From Burkholderiaceae bacterium (lineage in GTDB: Bacteria > Pseudomonadota > Gammaproteobacteria > Burkholderiales > Burkholderiaceae_F), in contig JBGSWY010000345.1 of NCBI GenBank assembly GCA_041751715.1, positions 1 through 42,084 on the forward strand: 42,084 bases of DNA, in the 5' to 3' direction. Both the position numbers and the translations under genes were made by a program. The notes beneath the pieces are model-generated. The model made no database searches. It was given only the letters and a program-made list of their open reading frames with translations, and was not told the origin of the DNA. Shown one piece after another: positions 1 to 8,663 of the stretch (its first letter is position 1; every line of letters starts with the position of its first letter).

Positions 1-1
1 G

Positions 2-514
2 GCGGCGAGCTCCGACTATCGCTATGTGATCGGTCCGCTCGATACCCTCAACATCGTCGTCTGGCGTAATCCGGAGTTGTCTGGCACGGTATCGGTGCGT
101 CCGGACGGCCGAATCTCGACGCCGCTGGCGCAGGATATTCCCGCACTGGGCCGCAATCCGGCCGAATTGGCAAGCGATCTTGAAAAGGTGCTGTCGAAGT
201 ACATACGCGACCCGGTAGTGACCGTGATCGTGACCAATTTCGCCGGGTCCACTGAACAGGTTCGCATCATTGGCGAAGCTGCGAAACCGCAGGCAGTCCC
301 GTATCGGCAGAACATGACGGTGCTGGATGTGATCATTCTGGCCGGCGGCCTGACCGAGTTCGCCGACGGCAACCGGGCCGTGCTAGTGCGTGGTTCGGAA
401 CAGGGCAAGCAATACAGCGTGCGTCTGGGGGACTTGGTGCGGCGCGGCGACGTTTCGGCCAATGTCGACGTGCGGCCGGGCGACGTTCTGATCATTCCGC
501 AGAGCTGGTTCTGA
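2..514 (+). CDS. Polysaccharide export protein, Wza/EpsE-like (XrtA/PEP-CTERM-locus type); 5' end cut by window edge
   Basis: The frame is open from nt 2 (AASSDYRYVIGPLDTL...), so the Met at 26 is internal. Y-x-IGPxD export-protein motif, followed by an SLBB-like segment (VRIIGEAAKPQAVPY, LDVIILAGGLTEFA, VRPGDVLIIP). Lies directly upstream of the chain-length determinant and kinase genes. Confidence 0.85.
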   Translation, partial: AASSDYRYVIGPLDTLNIVVWRNPELSGTVSVRPDGRISTPLAQDIPALGRNPAELASDLEKVLSKYIRDPVVTVIVTNFAGSTEQVRIIGEAAKPQAVPYRQNMTVLDVIILAGGLTEFADGNRAVLVRGSEQGKQYSVRLGDLVRRGDVSANVDVRPGDVLIIPQSWF

Positions 515-527
515 TTTACTCACATCG

Positions 528-2084
528 ATGGATCAAATTCTGCGCCAGTTTTCGGCCATCGCCGGTGAAACGTGGCGCCGGCGCTGGATCGGGCTAGCGG
601 TCGCTTGGCTGGTCGCCATCGCGGGCGCAGTAGCGTTATGGCGCACGCCCGATCGCTACGAGGCAACCGCGCGCGTGTACGTCGATACGCAAACCGTTTT
701 AAAGCCGCTGATGGAAGGGCTTGCCGTGCAGCCGAATATCGACCAACAAATCGGCATGCTGGCGCGAACCATCATCGCGCGGCCGAACATCGAGAAGATC
801 ATGCATAGCGCCAATATGGATGTCTCGACGATGTCGCAGGTCGAACGCGATCGCATCGTCGATCAACTGACCAAGCGCATCAGCTTCACCGGTAGCGGAC
901 GTGACAACATTTACACGATCTCCTATCAGGATACGAGCGCGGACCGCTCGAAGCTCGTGGTTCAGGACCTGTTGTCGCTATTCGTCGAATCCGGGCTTGG
1001 CAATAAAAGGCGCGACAGTGAGGCCGCGCGCCGATTCATCGACGAACAGATCAAGGCGTACGAAGAGAAGCTGGCCGAAGCCGAGAATCGGTTGAAGGAT
1101 TTCAAGCTCAAGAATCTTGAGTTCACGAGCGGCCCCGGGCAGGACTACTTCACGCGCATGAACCTGCTCTCCGAGGAGGCCGCCAAAGTGCGCGGCGAGT
1201 TGCGCGCCGCCGAACAAACGCGAGACGCGTATCGCCGTGAGCTCTCGGGTGAAGACCCGGTGATGCTGCCCGATCCCGGTGCGGCGCCGACGGCCGCCGG
1301 GAATATTTCCGAATACGACGCTCGTATCGATACGCAACGCAAGCAACTCGACGAACTGTTGCGCCGCTTTACCGACCAGCATCCGGATGTCGTGGCAACG
1401 CGCCGGTTGCTCGCTCAACTCGAGGAACAGAAAAAGGTGGAGACCGAAGCGCGTCGTAAAGCAGCTGCATCTTCGACGCCGCGACTTTCGGCTTCGACCA
1501 ATCCGGTCTTTCAGCGCATCAAGATTTCATTGGCAGAAGCCGAAGCGAATGTCGCTTCGCTGCGCGCGCGCGCCGGGGAAGCCGATGCGCGTCTGGCGAC
1601 ACTGCGCGCCAAGGCCGGCAAGGCGCCCCAGATCGAAGCCGACCTGGCACAGTTAAACCGCGACTACGACGTTCTGAGAAAGAACTACGAGCAACTGGTC
1701 ACGCGCAGAGAATCGGCGTCGCTGTCCGAGGACGTCGATTCGGCCGGGCTGGCCGAATTCCGAATCATCGACCCGCCGCGAATTTCGCCGACGCCGGTGT
1801 TTCCGAACCGGGTCGTACTGGTTCCTCTGATCATGCTTGCAGCGCTCGGCGCCGGGCTCGCCGCCAGCTTCGCGATGGCGCGCGCATTTCCGACGTTTCA
1901 CGGCGTGGCAGCACTGCGGCAGTTAACCCAGCGGCCGGTGCTCGGCAGCATATCGATGGTGGAAAGCGCCGGCCGCATCTGGCGCCGCAGATTTTCAAAT
2001 GCGGCTTTTGCCGGCGGATTCGCATCGCTGATTGTGACTTACGGCATCTGGGTGTCGTGGTTGTCGCTGAGCGCTCGGGTCTGA
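528..2084 (+). CDS. Polysaccharide chain-length determinant (PCP/Wzz family, EpsF-like)
   Basis: Classic PCP topology: N-terminal TM (WIGLAVAWLVAIAGAVALW), a long E/R/A/L-rich coiled-coil periplasmic region, and a C-terminal TM (VVLVPLIMLAALGAGLAASFAMA). Positioned between the exporter and the kinase-like ATPase. Confidence 0.85.
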   Translation: MDQILRQFSAIAGETWRRRWIGLAVAWLVAIAGAVALWRTPDRYEATARVYVDTQTVLKPLMEGLAVQPNIDQQIGMLARTIIARPNIEKIMHSANMDVSTMSQVERDRIVDQLTKRISFTGSGRDNIYTISYQDTSADRSKLVVQDLLSLFVESGLGNKRRDSEAARRFIDEQIKAYEEKLAEAENRLKDFKLKNLEFTSGPGQDYFTRMNLLSEEAAKVRGELRAAEQTRDAYRRELSGEDPVMLPDPGAAPTAAGNISEYDARIDTQRKQLDELLRRFTDQHPDVVATRRLLAQLEEQKKVETEARRKAAASSTPRLSASTNPVFQRIKISLAEAEANVASLRARAGEADARLATLRAKAGKAPQIEADLAQLNRDYDVLRKNYEQLVTRRESASLSEDVDSAGLAEFRIIDPPRISPTPVFPNRVVLVPLIMLAALGAGLAASFAMARAFPTFHGVAALRQLTQRPVLGSISMVESAGRIWRRRFSNAAFAGGFASLIVTYGIWVSWLSLSARV

Positions 2085-2086
2085 GT

Positions 2087-3016
2087 ATGAACACTATCGA
2101 ACAAGCGGCGCGCCGCCTGGCACAACTGCGAAGTGCAGGGGTCGATGCGCCGCTCGAAGACGCAGTCAAGCCGGTCAGCCCGACGCCGGAAATTCAGCGC
2201 GGACCGATGTCGATCCGCACCGCTGTCGAGCGCGAGCCATTCAAGCGCGCTGCTGCAAGTGACGGAGGCACGGCCGCGCATCGAGCCCTGGCCTCGCCGC
2301 TGGTCGAGATCGACCTGCAGCGACTGGCCGAGATGGGCTATGTCACGCCGCAAGCGCCGGCGTCGCAGCGCGCCGAAGAATTTCGCATGGTTAAACGGCC
2401 ACTGCTGACGAATGCGCGCGGCAATTCGGCGGCGCCGGTATTGCACGCCAGCCGCATTATGGTGACGAGCGCCCTGCCGCGAGAGGGCAAGACGTTCGTA
2501 TCGATCAATCTGGCGTTGAGCATCGCAATGGAGCGCGACACGACCGTGCTGTTAATCGACGCGGATGCGACGCGTCCGGCCGTTCTCGAGCGGCTAGGGT
2601 TGCCGCCATCGAGAGGCCTGCTCGACGCCTTAAGCGACCCGACCGTGGACGTTCAATCACTGCTGCTTCGCACCAACGTCGAGCGGCTTTCGATACTTCC
2701 GGCCGGCACGCTGCAGCAACAGGCGACCGAGTTACTGGCGAGCGAGAGCATGAGTATGCTGGTCGAACAACTGGCGGCGCCTTTTTCAGACCGCATTTTG
2801 GTGTTCGATGCGCCGCCGTTGCTCGGCTCGACCGAATCGCGCGTACTGGCCGCGCTGATGGGTCAGGTCGTGCTGGTGATAGAAGCCGATCGAACGCCGC
2901 AAGGCCAGGTGATGGACGCGCTGACAACGCTCGAAAGCTGCCCGGTAGTGATGACCCTGTTGAACAAGGCGTCGTCTTCAGAGGCCGGTTCGTATTATGG
3001 CTCGCGCAGCGGCTGA
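2087..3016 (+). CDS. Chain-length-determinant-associated tyrosine autokinase-like P-loop ATPase (EpsG-like)
   Basis: MinD/ParA-type deviant P-loop SALPREGKTFVSINLA, then LLIDAD and ILVFDAPP motifs. Short C-terminal Tyr pair (GSYYGS). The ATG at 2087 follows the upstream stop at 2084. The listed ORF from 2057 would overlap the upstream gene. Confidence 0.8.
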   Translation: MNTIEQAARRLAQLRSAGVDAPLEDAVKPVSPTPEIQRGPMSIRTAVEREPFKRAAASDGGTAAHRALASPLVEIDLQRLAEMGYVTPQAPASQRAEEFRMVKRPLLTNARGNSAAPVLHASRIMVTSALPREGKTFVSINLALSIAMERDTTVLLIDADATRPAVLERLGLPPSRGLLDALSDPTVDVQSLLLRTNVERLSILPAGTLQQQATELLASESMSMLVEQLAAPFSDRILVFDAPPLLGSTESRVLAALMGQVVLVIEADRTPQGQVMDALTTLESCPVVMTLLNKASSSEAGSYYGSRSG

Positions 3017-3062
3017 AACCGCTGTGCAAGCGTTAACAACCACAGCCACAAGAAAGCCGCGT

Positions 3063-4601
3063 ATGACAGCACTCGAACGTATCGGCGGGCGGACGCCCCG
3101 GTTATTTCTATCGTTCTGTGTTGCGCTCGGCTGCACCAGCCCGGCGCTTGCGCAGCGCTGGACCATCGAGCCCCGCATCGGAGGACGCGCCACGCTGACC
3201 AATAACGCCAACTATCAGAACGGGTCGGAACGCGAACCCGATCTTGTGTTCAATATTCTGCCCGGGGTTGATTTCCTGCGCGAGGGACCGCGCCTGCGCG
3301 TCAATGGCTCGGCGTCGCTGGACATCATCGGCTACGCCGACGGCACCCAAACCAACCGCATATTCCCGCAGGCAAATATCCTTGCCAATTATGAGGCGGT
3401 CGAGCGCTTCTTCTTCATCGAGGGCGAACTGCTCGCCAATCAGGAGATTCTGAATCCGTTCTTGCCGCAGTCGGAAACAGACTCGACATTTAACCGGTAC
3501 ACGTATGTGCAGGCACGTGTCGCGCCTTACTTTCAGGGCAACTTCGGCGATAACACCTGGCGCTATCTGGTCCGCAGCGACAATTCGTATACCTACACCA
3601 CGCAGGCGGATGCGTCGCTCGACAACGCTTACTACGGCCGGCACCTGGCTGAAGTCGTGCGTGCAGCCACGCCGTTTGGCGGATCGTTACGCGTTCAAAG
3701 CGATATCACCCGCTTCGACGACGAGCGACAGCCCGATCAGCATCTCGAGATCGCGCTGGCGACGGTTAACTATGCGTTTACGCCGCAATTTGTCGCCGGC
3801 CTGCGGGGCGGCTACGAACGTACCAATTACACGGCGAACGACGACTCGGGTCCGGTTTACGGCGCAGAACTGACCTGGACACCGAATCCGCGCACGCGCG
3901 TCGGGGGTTTCTGGGAAAGCCGGTTTTTCGGGCCGAGCTATCTGTTTGAAGCATCAAACCGGCAACGCGCACTTGCGGCCAATCTTTCGGCTTCGCGTTC
4001 GATCACAACCTACCCGCAGTTGATACTGCAGCTGCCCTCGACTGGCAACGTATCCGGTCTAGTCAATGCAATCCTGGTCGCACGCTTTCCCGATCCGGTC
4101 GAGCGGGCGCGCCAGGTACAGGATCTGATCGACCGCCAGGCGCTGCCGGCATCCCTTCCGAGCGGCATCAACATTTTTTCACAGGGCGTCAACATAGTGA
4201 CTTCGGGCACCGGTACCCTTGCCTGGATGGGTGTGCGCAACACGTTGGCGCTTACCTTGTATTACCTGAAGACCGCTCCTCTGCCCGAGTCGGCGATCCC
4301 ACCAACGTTCATTGCCTTCAACAACAATATCCAGAAGGGCGCATCGCTGTCGTTCAGCCATCGATTGAGCCCGGTGATGTTGTTAAATGCAGGCATCAGC
4401 CGGAGCGAGACGCGCGGCTTCGATCAGACGGCCGGCCAGAACACCGATGAGAACGTGCTCGAAGTGCAGGCAACTCGCCAGCTGACACCGCGCAGCAGCG
4501 GTTTTGTCGGCGCTCGGTATCGGCAATGGGATTCGACGTCTACTTTCCTCGGCAATAGCGACGAAGCCGCCATCTTCGTTGGGCTGTTTTACCGACTGTA
4601 G
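3063..4601 (+). CDS. PEP-CTERM-system-associated outer-membrane beta-barrel protein (TIGR03016-like)
   Basis: The Met at 3063 gives a signal peptide (RTPRLFLSFCVALGCTSPALAQ). The rest shows alternating aromatic/polar beta-strand patterning (YTYVQARVAPYF, WRYLVRSDNSYTY, VGARYRQW, IFVGLFYRL at the C-terminus). Conserved position after the kinase gene. Confidence 0.7.
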   Translation: MTALERIGGRTPRLFLSFCVALGCTSPALAQRWTIEPRIGGRATLTNNANYQNGSEREPDLVFNILPGVDFLREGPRLRVNGSASLDIIGYADGTQTNRIFPQANILANYEAVERFFFIEGELLANQEILNPFLPQSETDSTFNRYTYVQARVAPYFQGNFGDNTWRYLVRSDNSYTYTTQADASLDNAYYGRHLAEVVRAATPFGGSLRVQSDITRFDDERQPDQHLEIALATVNYAFTPQFVAGLRGGYERTNYTANDDSGPVYGAELTWTPNPRTRVGGFWESRFFGPSYLFEASNRQRALAANLSASRSITTYPQLILQLPSTGNVSGLVNAILVARFPDPVERARQVQDLIDRQALPASLPSGINIFSQGVNIVTSGTGTLAWMGVRNTLALTLYYLKTAPLPESAIPPTFIAFNNNIQKGASLSFSHRLSPVMLLNAGISRSETRGFDQTAGQNTDENVLEVQATRQLTPRSSGFVGARYRQWDSTSTFLGNSDEAAIFVGLFYRL

Positions 4602-4608
4602 TTGCGCT

Positions 4609-5676
4609 ATGTACGAAGACTTTTATGGACTAACCGGAAAACCGTTCCAGCTAAGTCCGGACCCGGCATTTTACTTCGGCAGTAAGGGGCACTCCAGCGC
4701 CTTTTCGTATCTAAAGTACGGCGTCTATCAGGGCGAAGGATTTCTGGTCGTCACCGGTGATATCGGCACCGGCAAGACGACGCTCGTGCGCGCGCTGCTC
4801 GATGAACTGGACACGCGCCAAGTGGTGGCGGCGCAGATTGTCAACACGCAACTGGATGCCGACGATCTGCTGCGTTCGGTTGCCACGGCCTTCGGTATCA
4901 ACGTGCGAACCGACGGCAAGGCGCAGCTACTGGCTTCGATCGAGGCTTTTTTGCTGACGACGTTTCAGAAGAAAAAACGCGCGCTTCTGATCGTTGACGA
5001 GGCGCAAAACCTCGGCGCGCGATCGCTCGAAGAATTACGCATGCTTTCCAACTTCCAATGCGGCGATCACGCTCTGCTGCAAAGCTTTCTGATCGGCCAG
5101 CCCGAGTTGCGCATGCTGATGCGTTCGCCGTTAATGGAGCAGTTCCGGCAGCGGGTGATCGCCTCGTACCACCTTGGTCCACTCGATCAGGCGGATACGC
5201 GCGCATATGTCGAACATCGACTCCGCTATGTCGGCTGGAAGGACGATCCCCAGTTCGAAGGCGATGCGTTTTCGGAGATTCACCTGGCCACCGGAGGGAT
5301 ACCGCGCAAAATCAACTCGCTCGTCAATCGCGTTTTACTGGCGGGGTATCTGGGCGAGAAGCATATGCTGACGCGGCCAGACGTGGCCGCCGCGGTAACT
5401 GAAATCGCGAACGAGATCGGGTCAGGTATTGACGTATCGCCGTCGCCGTCGCCGTCGCCGTCGCCGCGGCTGCGGCCGCCGAGTGCGAAACGCGAAGCAT
5501 CGGGCAACGGCAGCCAGGTCAACGCGCGGCCGCTCGCCGCCATCACCCAGCGGATCGAGCAACTTGAACACAATGTCGATGGATTGCTAAGCGTCGTGCG
5601 AGGCATCGTTGAGCCTGAGCGCGCGCAGCCGGACGAAGAGGCTCGGGGCACAGGTCGATCGCAAAAGGGCAGGTGA
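4609..5676 (+). CDS. ExeA/GspA-like AAA ATPase (XrtA/PEP-CTERM system-associated ATPase type)
   Basis: The ATG at 4609 gives MYEDFYGLTGKPFQLSPDP, a typical ExeA-like N-terminus. Walker A GDIGTGKT, Walker B LLIVDEAQNL. C-terminal low-complexity tail containing (SP)5. Confidence 0.85.
   Translation: MYEDFYGLTGKPFQLSPDPAFYFGSKGHSSAFSYLKYGVYQGEGFLVVTGDIGTGKTTLVRALLDELDTRQVVAAQIVNTQLDADDLLRSVATAFGINVRTDGKAQLLASIEAFLLTTFQKKKRALLIVDEAQNLGARSLEELRMLSNFQCGDHALLQSFLIGQPELRMLMRSPLMEQFRQRVIASYHLGPLDQADTRAYVEHRLRYVGWKDDPQFEGDAFSEIHLATGGIPRKINSLVNRVLLAGYLGEKHMLTRPDVAAAVTEIANEIGSGIDVSPSPSPSPSPRLRPPSAKREASGNGSQVNARPLAAITQRIEQLEHNVDGLLSVVRGIVEPERAQPDEEARGTGRSQKGR
5437..5466 (+). repeat. Perfect (TCGCCG)x5 hexanucleotide tandem repeat encoding (SP)5
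   Basis: Read directly from the sequence. Lies in the C-terminal linker of the ExeA-like ATPase. Confidence 0.95.
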
Positions 5677-5677
5677 T

Positions 5678-6787
5678 ATGCGGCCCGGCGGTCACGGTCC
5701 GTTGTTATGCGTAGTCGGTGCGCGGCCCAATTACATGAAAATTGCACCGTTGCTGCGCGCGTTTGAAGCGCGAGCCGATCTGCCGCTGTCACTGCTGGTG
5801 CACACCGGGCAGCACTACGATTTTGAGTTAAACGGTCGTTTGTTCAGCGACCTTGGTTTGCCGGCGCCGGACATGAACCTGGAAGTCGGTTCCGGCACGC
5901 ATGCTGTGCAGACCGCCGAAGTGATGAAGCGGTTCGAGCCAGTGATTGATGAATACCAGCCTTCGTGTGTGATCGTCGCCGGCGATGTGAACTCGACCCT
6001 CGCGTGCAGCCTCGTGGCTTCGAAGAAGCAGGTTCCGGTGGCGCACATCGAGGCGGGCTTGCGCAGCTTCGACCGCTCGATGCCGGAGGAGGTGAACCGG
6101 GTGCTGACCGATCAGCTCGCGATGCTGTTGTACACGACAGAACGCAGTGCGCACGCAAACCTCGCGCGCGAAGGAATCGTCAAAGACCGTGTGCACTTCG
6201 TCGGCAACCTGATGATCGATTCATTACTCGCGTCGCTGCCGAAGGCGGTTTCGCCCAGCGAGTGGACCGCCGTGAAGCCCGGCTATGCAGCCGTCACGCT
6301 GCATCGTCCGTCGAATGTCGACGATGCGAAGGTACTGTCGAGCATCGTGGACATGCTGCTTGAAGTTGCGCAGCGTGTGCCGGTCATCTGGCCGCTGCAT
6401 CCGCGCACTCAGGCAAACCTCGACAGATTCGGACTTGCGACCCGACTGCAGGAACAGCGCGTCGCCATTTTGCCGCCGCAAGGTTATCTGCAGATGATCG
6501 GCTTGCTGCGCGATGCGCTTCTGGTTCTTACGGATTCGGGTGGTGTGCAGGAAGAAACAACCGCACTCGGCGTGCCTTGCTTAACGATGCGCGCGAATAC
6601 CGAGCGTCCCATTACTGTTGATGAAGGCACCAACACACTGGTCGGCATCGATCGCGACCGTCTGCTTGCAGCGGTAGACGACGTGATTCGTACCGGCGGC
6701 AAGCGAGGCCGTGTTCCGGAGTATTGGGATGGAAAATCGGCGCCGCGTATTGCCGAACACATGGCGCAGTGGCTGGCCAAACAATGA
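5678..6787 (+). CDS. wecB: UDP-N-acetylglucosamine 2-epimerase (non-hydrolysing)
   Basis: VVGARPNYMKIAPL, VAGDVNSTLA, HIEAGLRSFD, HRPSNVD and DSGGVQEE motifs. The ATG at 5678 lies 2 nt after the upstream stop. Confidence 0.9.
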   Translation: MRPGGHGPLLCVVGARPNYMKIAPLLRAFEARADLPLSLLVHTGQHYDFELNGRLFSDLGLPAPDMNLEVGSGTHAVQTAEVMKRFEPVIDEYQPSCVIVAGDVNSTLACSLVASKKQVPVAHIEAGLRSFDRSMPEEVNRVLTDQLAMLLYTTERSAHANLAREGIVKDRVHFVGNLMIDSLLASLPKAVSPSEWTAVKPGYAAVTLHRPSNVDDAKVLSSIVDMLLEVAQRVPVIWPLHPRTQANLDRFGLATRLQEQRVAILPPQGYLQMIGLLRDALLVLTDSGGVQEETTALGVPCLTMRANTERPITVDEGTNTLVGIDRDRLLAAVDDVIRTGGKRGRVPEYWDGKSAPRIAEHMAQWLAKQ

Positions 6788-7626
6788 ACGACCGAATTTC
6801 GAACGCGCTGACGATCGACGTTGAGGATTACTTTCAGGTGTCGGCGTTCGCCCCGCATATCGAGCGCACCGCGTGGGAAACCACGCCGTGCCGCATCGAA
6901 CGCAACATCGACCGCGTGCTCGACATCCTTGCCGAGCGCGGCGCCAAGGCGACGTTCTTCACGCTCGGCTGGCTGGCGCAACGCTATCCGCGCATCGTGC
7001 GCGATATCAACGCTCACGGACATGAAATCGCAAGCCACGGCCAGGCGCATCTGCGCGCATCCGATCAAACGCCGGCGGAGTTCGACAACGACATCCGCGA
7101 TGCGAAGCATCTGCTGGAAGACACCGCCGGCGTGGCCGTGCACGGCTATCGCGCACCGAGCTTTTCGATCGGCCAACGAAACCTGTGGGCGTTCGACCGC
7201 ATCGCCGCGGCCGGCTATCGCTACAGCTCGAGCGTGTATCCGGTGCAGCACGATCACTACGGGTGGCCGGCGGCGCCGCGTTTTCCGTTTCGCACCGACG
7301 CTGGCGTGCTCGAGATCCCGGTCAGCACCGCTCGCGTTTTCGGGCGCAACCTGCCGGCCGGCGGCGGTGGCTACTTCCGGCTGATGCCGTACGCGGTATC
7401 GCGCTGGGCGATCGATCGTGTGAACCGGGTCGATCGCCGGCCGGCGATTTTCTATTTTCATCCGTGGGAGATCGATCCTGGACAACCGCGCGTTGACGGC
7501 ATCGGGTTGAAGACTCGCTTCCGGCATTACCTCAATCTCGGCCGGACCGAGCCCAGGTTGGGACGACTGCTCAACGACTTCCGCTGGAATCGGGTCGATC
7601 GTGTCTTCGATCTCGATGCAAAGTGA
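6784..7626 (+). CDS. Polysaccharide deacetylase, CE4/NodB fold (XrtA-system deacetylase type)
   Basis: N-terminus NALTIDVEDYFQV, plus TFFTLGW and HEIASHG motifs. The start ATG at 6784 overlaps the wecB stop (ATGA). Confidence 0.85.
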   Translation: MNDRISNALTIDVEDYFQVSAFAPHIERTAWETTPCRIERNIDRVLDILAERGAKATFFTLGWLAQRYPRIVRDINAHGHEIASHGQAHLRASDQTPAEFDNDIRDAKHLLEDTAGVAVHGYRAPSFSIGQRNLWAFDRIAAAGYRYSSSVYPVQHDHYGWPAAPRFPFRTDAGVLEIPVSTARVFGRNLPAGGGGYFRLMPYAVSRWAIDRVNRVDRRPAIFYFHPWEIDPGQPRVDGIGLKTRFRHYLNLGRTEPRLGRLLNDFRWNRVDRVFDLDAK

Positions 7627-8653
7627 AATTGCAGTGCGCGCGTTCGCAGAGCGCGACCGCGGGGCCTGGGCCGCGTTCGTGCAGAGCTGCCCGGATGCGA
7701 CGTTTTTTCATCGCATCGAATGGCGCGACATCATCGAGCGGACATTTGGGCACCGCACGCACTATCTGCTCGCTGAGCGCGCCGGCGAGGTCGTCGGCGT
7801 GTTGCCGCTGGCGCAGGTGAAGAGCCTGCTGTTCGGGCACTCGCTGGTTTCGCTTCCTTTCGCCGTCTACGGCGGAGCGGCGGTGACCGACGAACGCGCG
7901 CGCGGACTGCTGCACGCTTCGGCAGCCGAACTCGCGGGGCAGTTGCAAGTCGACCATCTCGAGCTGCGCAACCGCGCGTCCAGCGAGCCAGGATGGCCGC
8001 GCCAGGATCTGTTCGTCACGTTTCGCAAGCCGCTCGCGCCGAGCGTCGAGACGAATATGCAGGCGATTCCGCGCAAGCAGCGCGCGATGGTTCGCAAGGG
8101 CATGCAACGCGGTCTTAGAAGCGAAATCGATTCGAGCGTCCACCGTTTTTTCGAGCTGTATGCCGACAACGCGCATCGGCACGGAACACCGCCGTTTCCA
8201 AAGCGGTACTTCGAATCGCTGCGGCAGGCCTTCGGCGATGCGTGCGAAGTGTTGACAGTGGTCAGCGCCGAAGGCCGGCCCGTATCTGGCGTGCTGTCGT
8301 TTTACTTTCGCGATGAAGTATTGCCGTACTACGCCGGTGACGTGCCCGACGCGCGCGAACTGGCTGCCAACGATTTCAAATACTGGGAGCTGATGCGGCG
8401 TGCCTGCGAGCGCGGTTGCCGCGTCTACGACTACGGTCGCTCGAAATGCGGCACCGGCTCGTTCGATTTCAAGAAGAACTGGGGATTCGAGCCGCAGCCT
8501 CTGCACTACGAATACCAGCTTCTGAAGCGCGACGCTGTTCCGCAAAACAATCCATCGAATCCGAAGTACCAGGCCGCGATAAGACTGTGGCGCCGCCTCC
8601 CACGGCCGGTCGTCAACGCGCTCGGGCCTTCGATCGTGCGAAACCTCGGCTAG
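7601..8653 (+). CDS. FemAB-family protein (XrtA/PEP-CTERM system-associated type)
   Basis: WAAFVQSCPDATFFHRIEWRDIIERTFGH...GVLPLAQVKSLLFGHSLVSLPFAVYGG and ANDFKYWELMRRACERGCRVYDYGRS follow the FemAB/GNAT-like pattern. Conserved position after the deacetylase. The start could instead be the ATG at 7616. Confidence 0.8.
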   Translation: MSSISMQSEIAVRAFAERDRGAWAAFVQSCPDATFFHRIEWRDIIERTFGHRTHYLLAERAGEVVGVLPLAQVKSLLFGHSLVSLPFAVYGGAAVTDERARGLLHASAAELAGQLQVDHLELRNRASSEPGWPRQDLFVTFRKPLAPSVETNMQAIPRKQRAMVRKGMQRGLRSEIDSSVHRFFELYADNAHRHGTPPFPKRYFESLRQAFGDACEVLTVVSAEGRPVSGVLSFYFRDEVLPYYAGDVPDARELAANDFKYWELMRRACERGCRVYDYGRSKCGTGSFDFKKNWGFEPQPLHYEYQLLKRDAVPQNNPSNPKYQAAIRLWRRLPRPVVNALGPSIVRNLG

Positions 8654-8663
8654 AGGCAGAGCG

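Noticed and set aside
6484-7527. Long ORFs antisense to, or in alternative frames of, well-supported genes. Examples: 6484-7527(-), 7571-8545(-), 10140-11117(-), 17100-17888(-), 23978-24883(-), 27491-28516(-), 34121-35068(-), 36695-37687(-), 40017-40664(-).
   Set aside because: Their translations are Arg/Ala/Pro-rich low-complexity strings without motifs, which is typical of stop-codon-poor off frames in high-GC DNA. In every case the opposite or alternate frame carries clear catalytic motifs.
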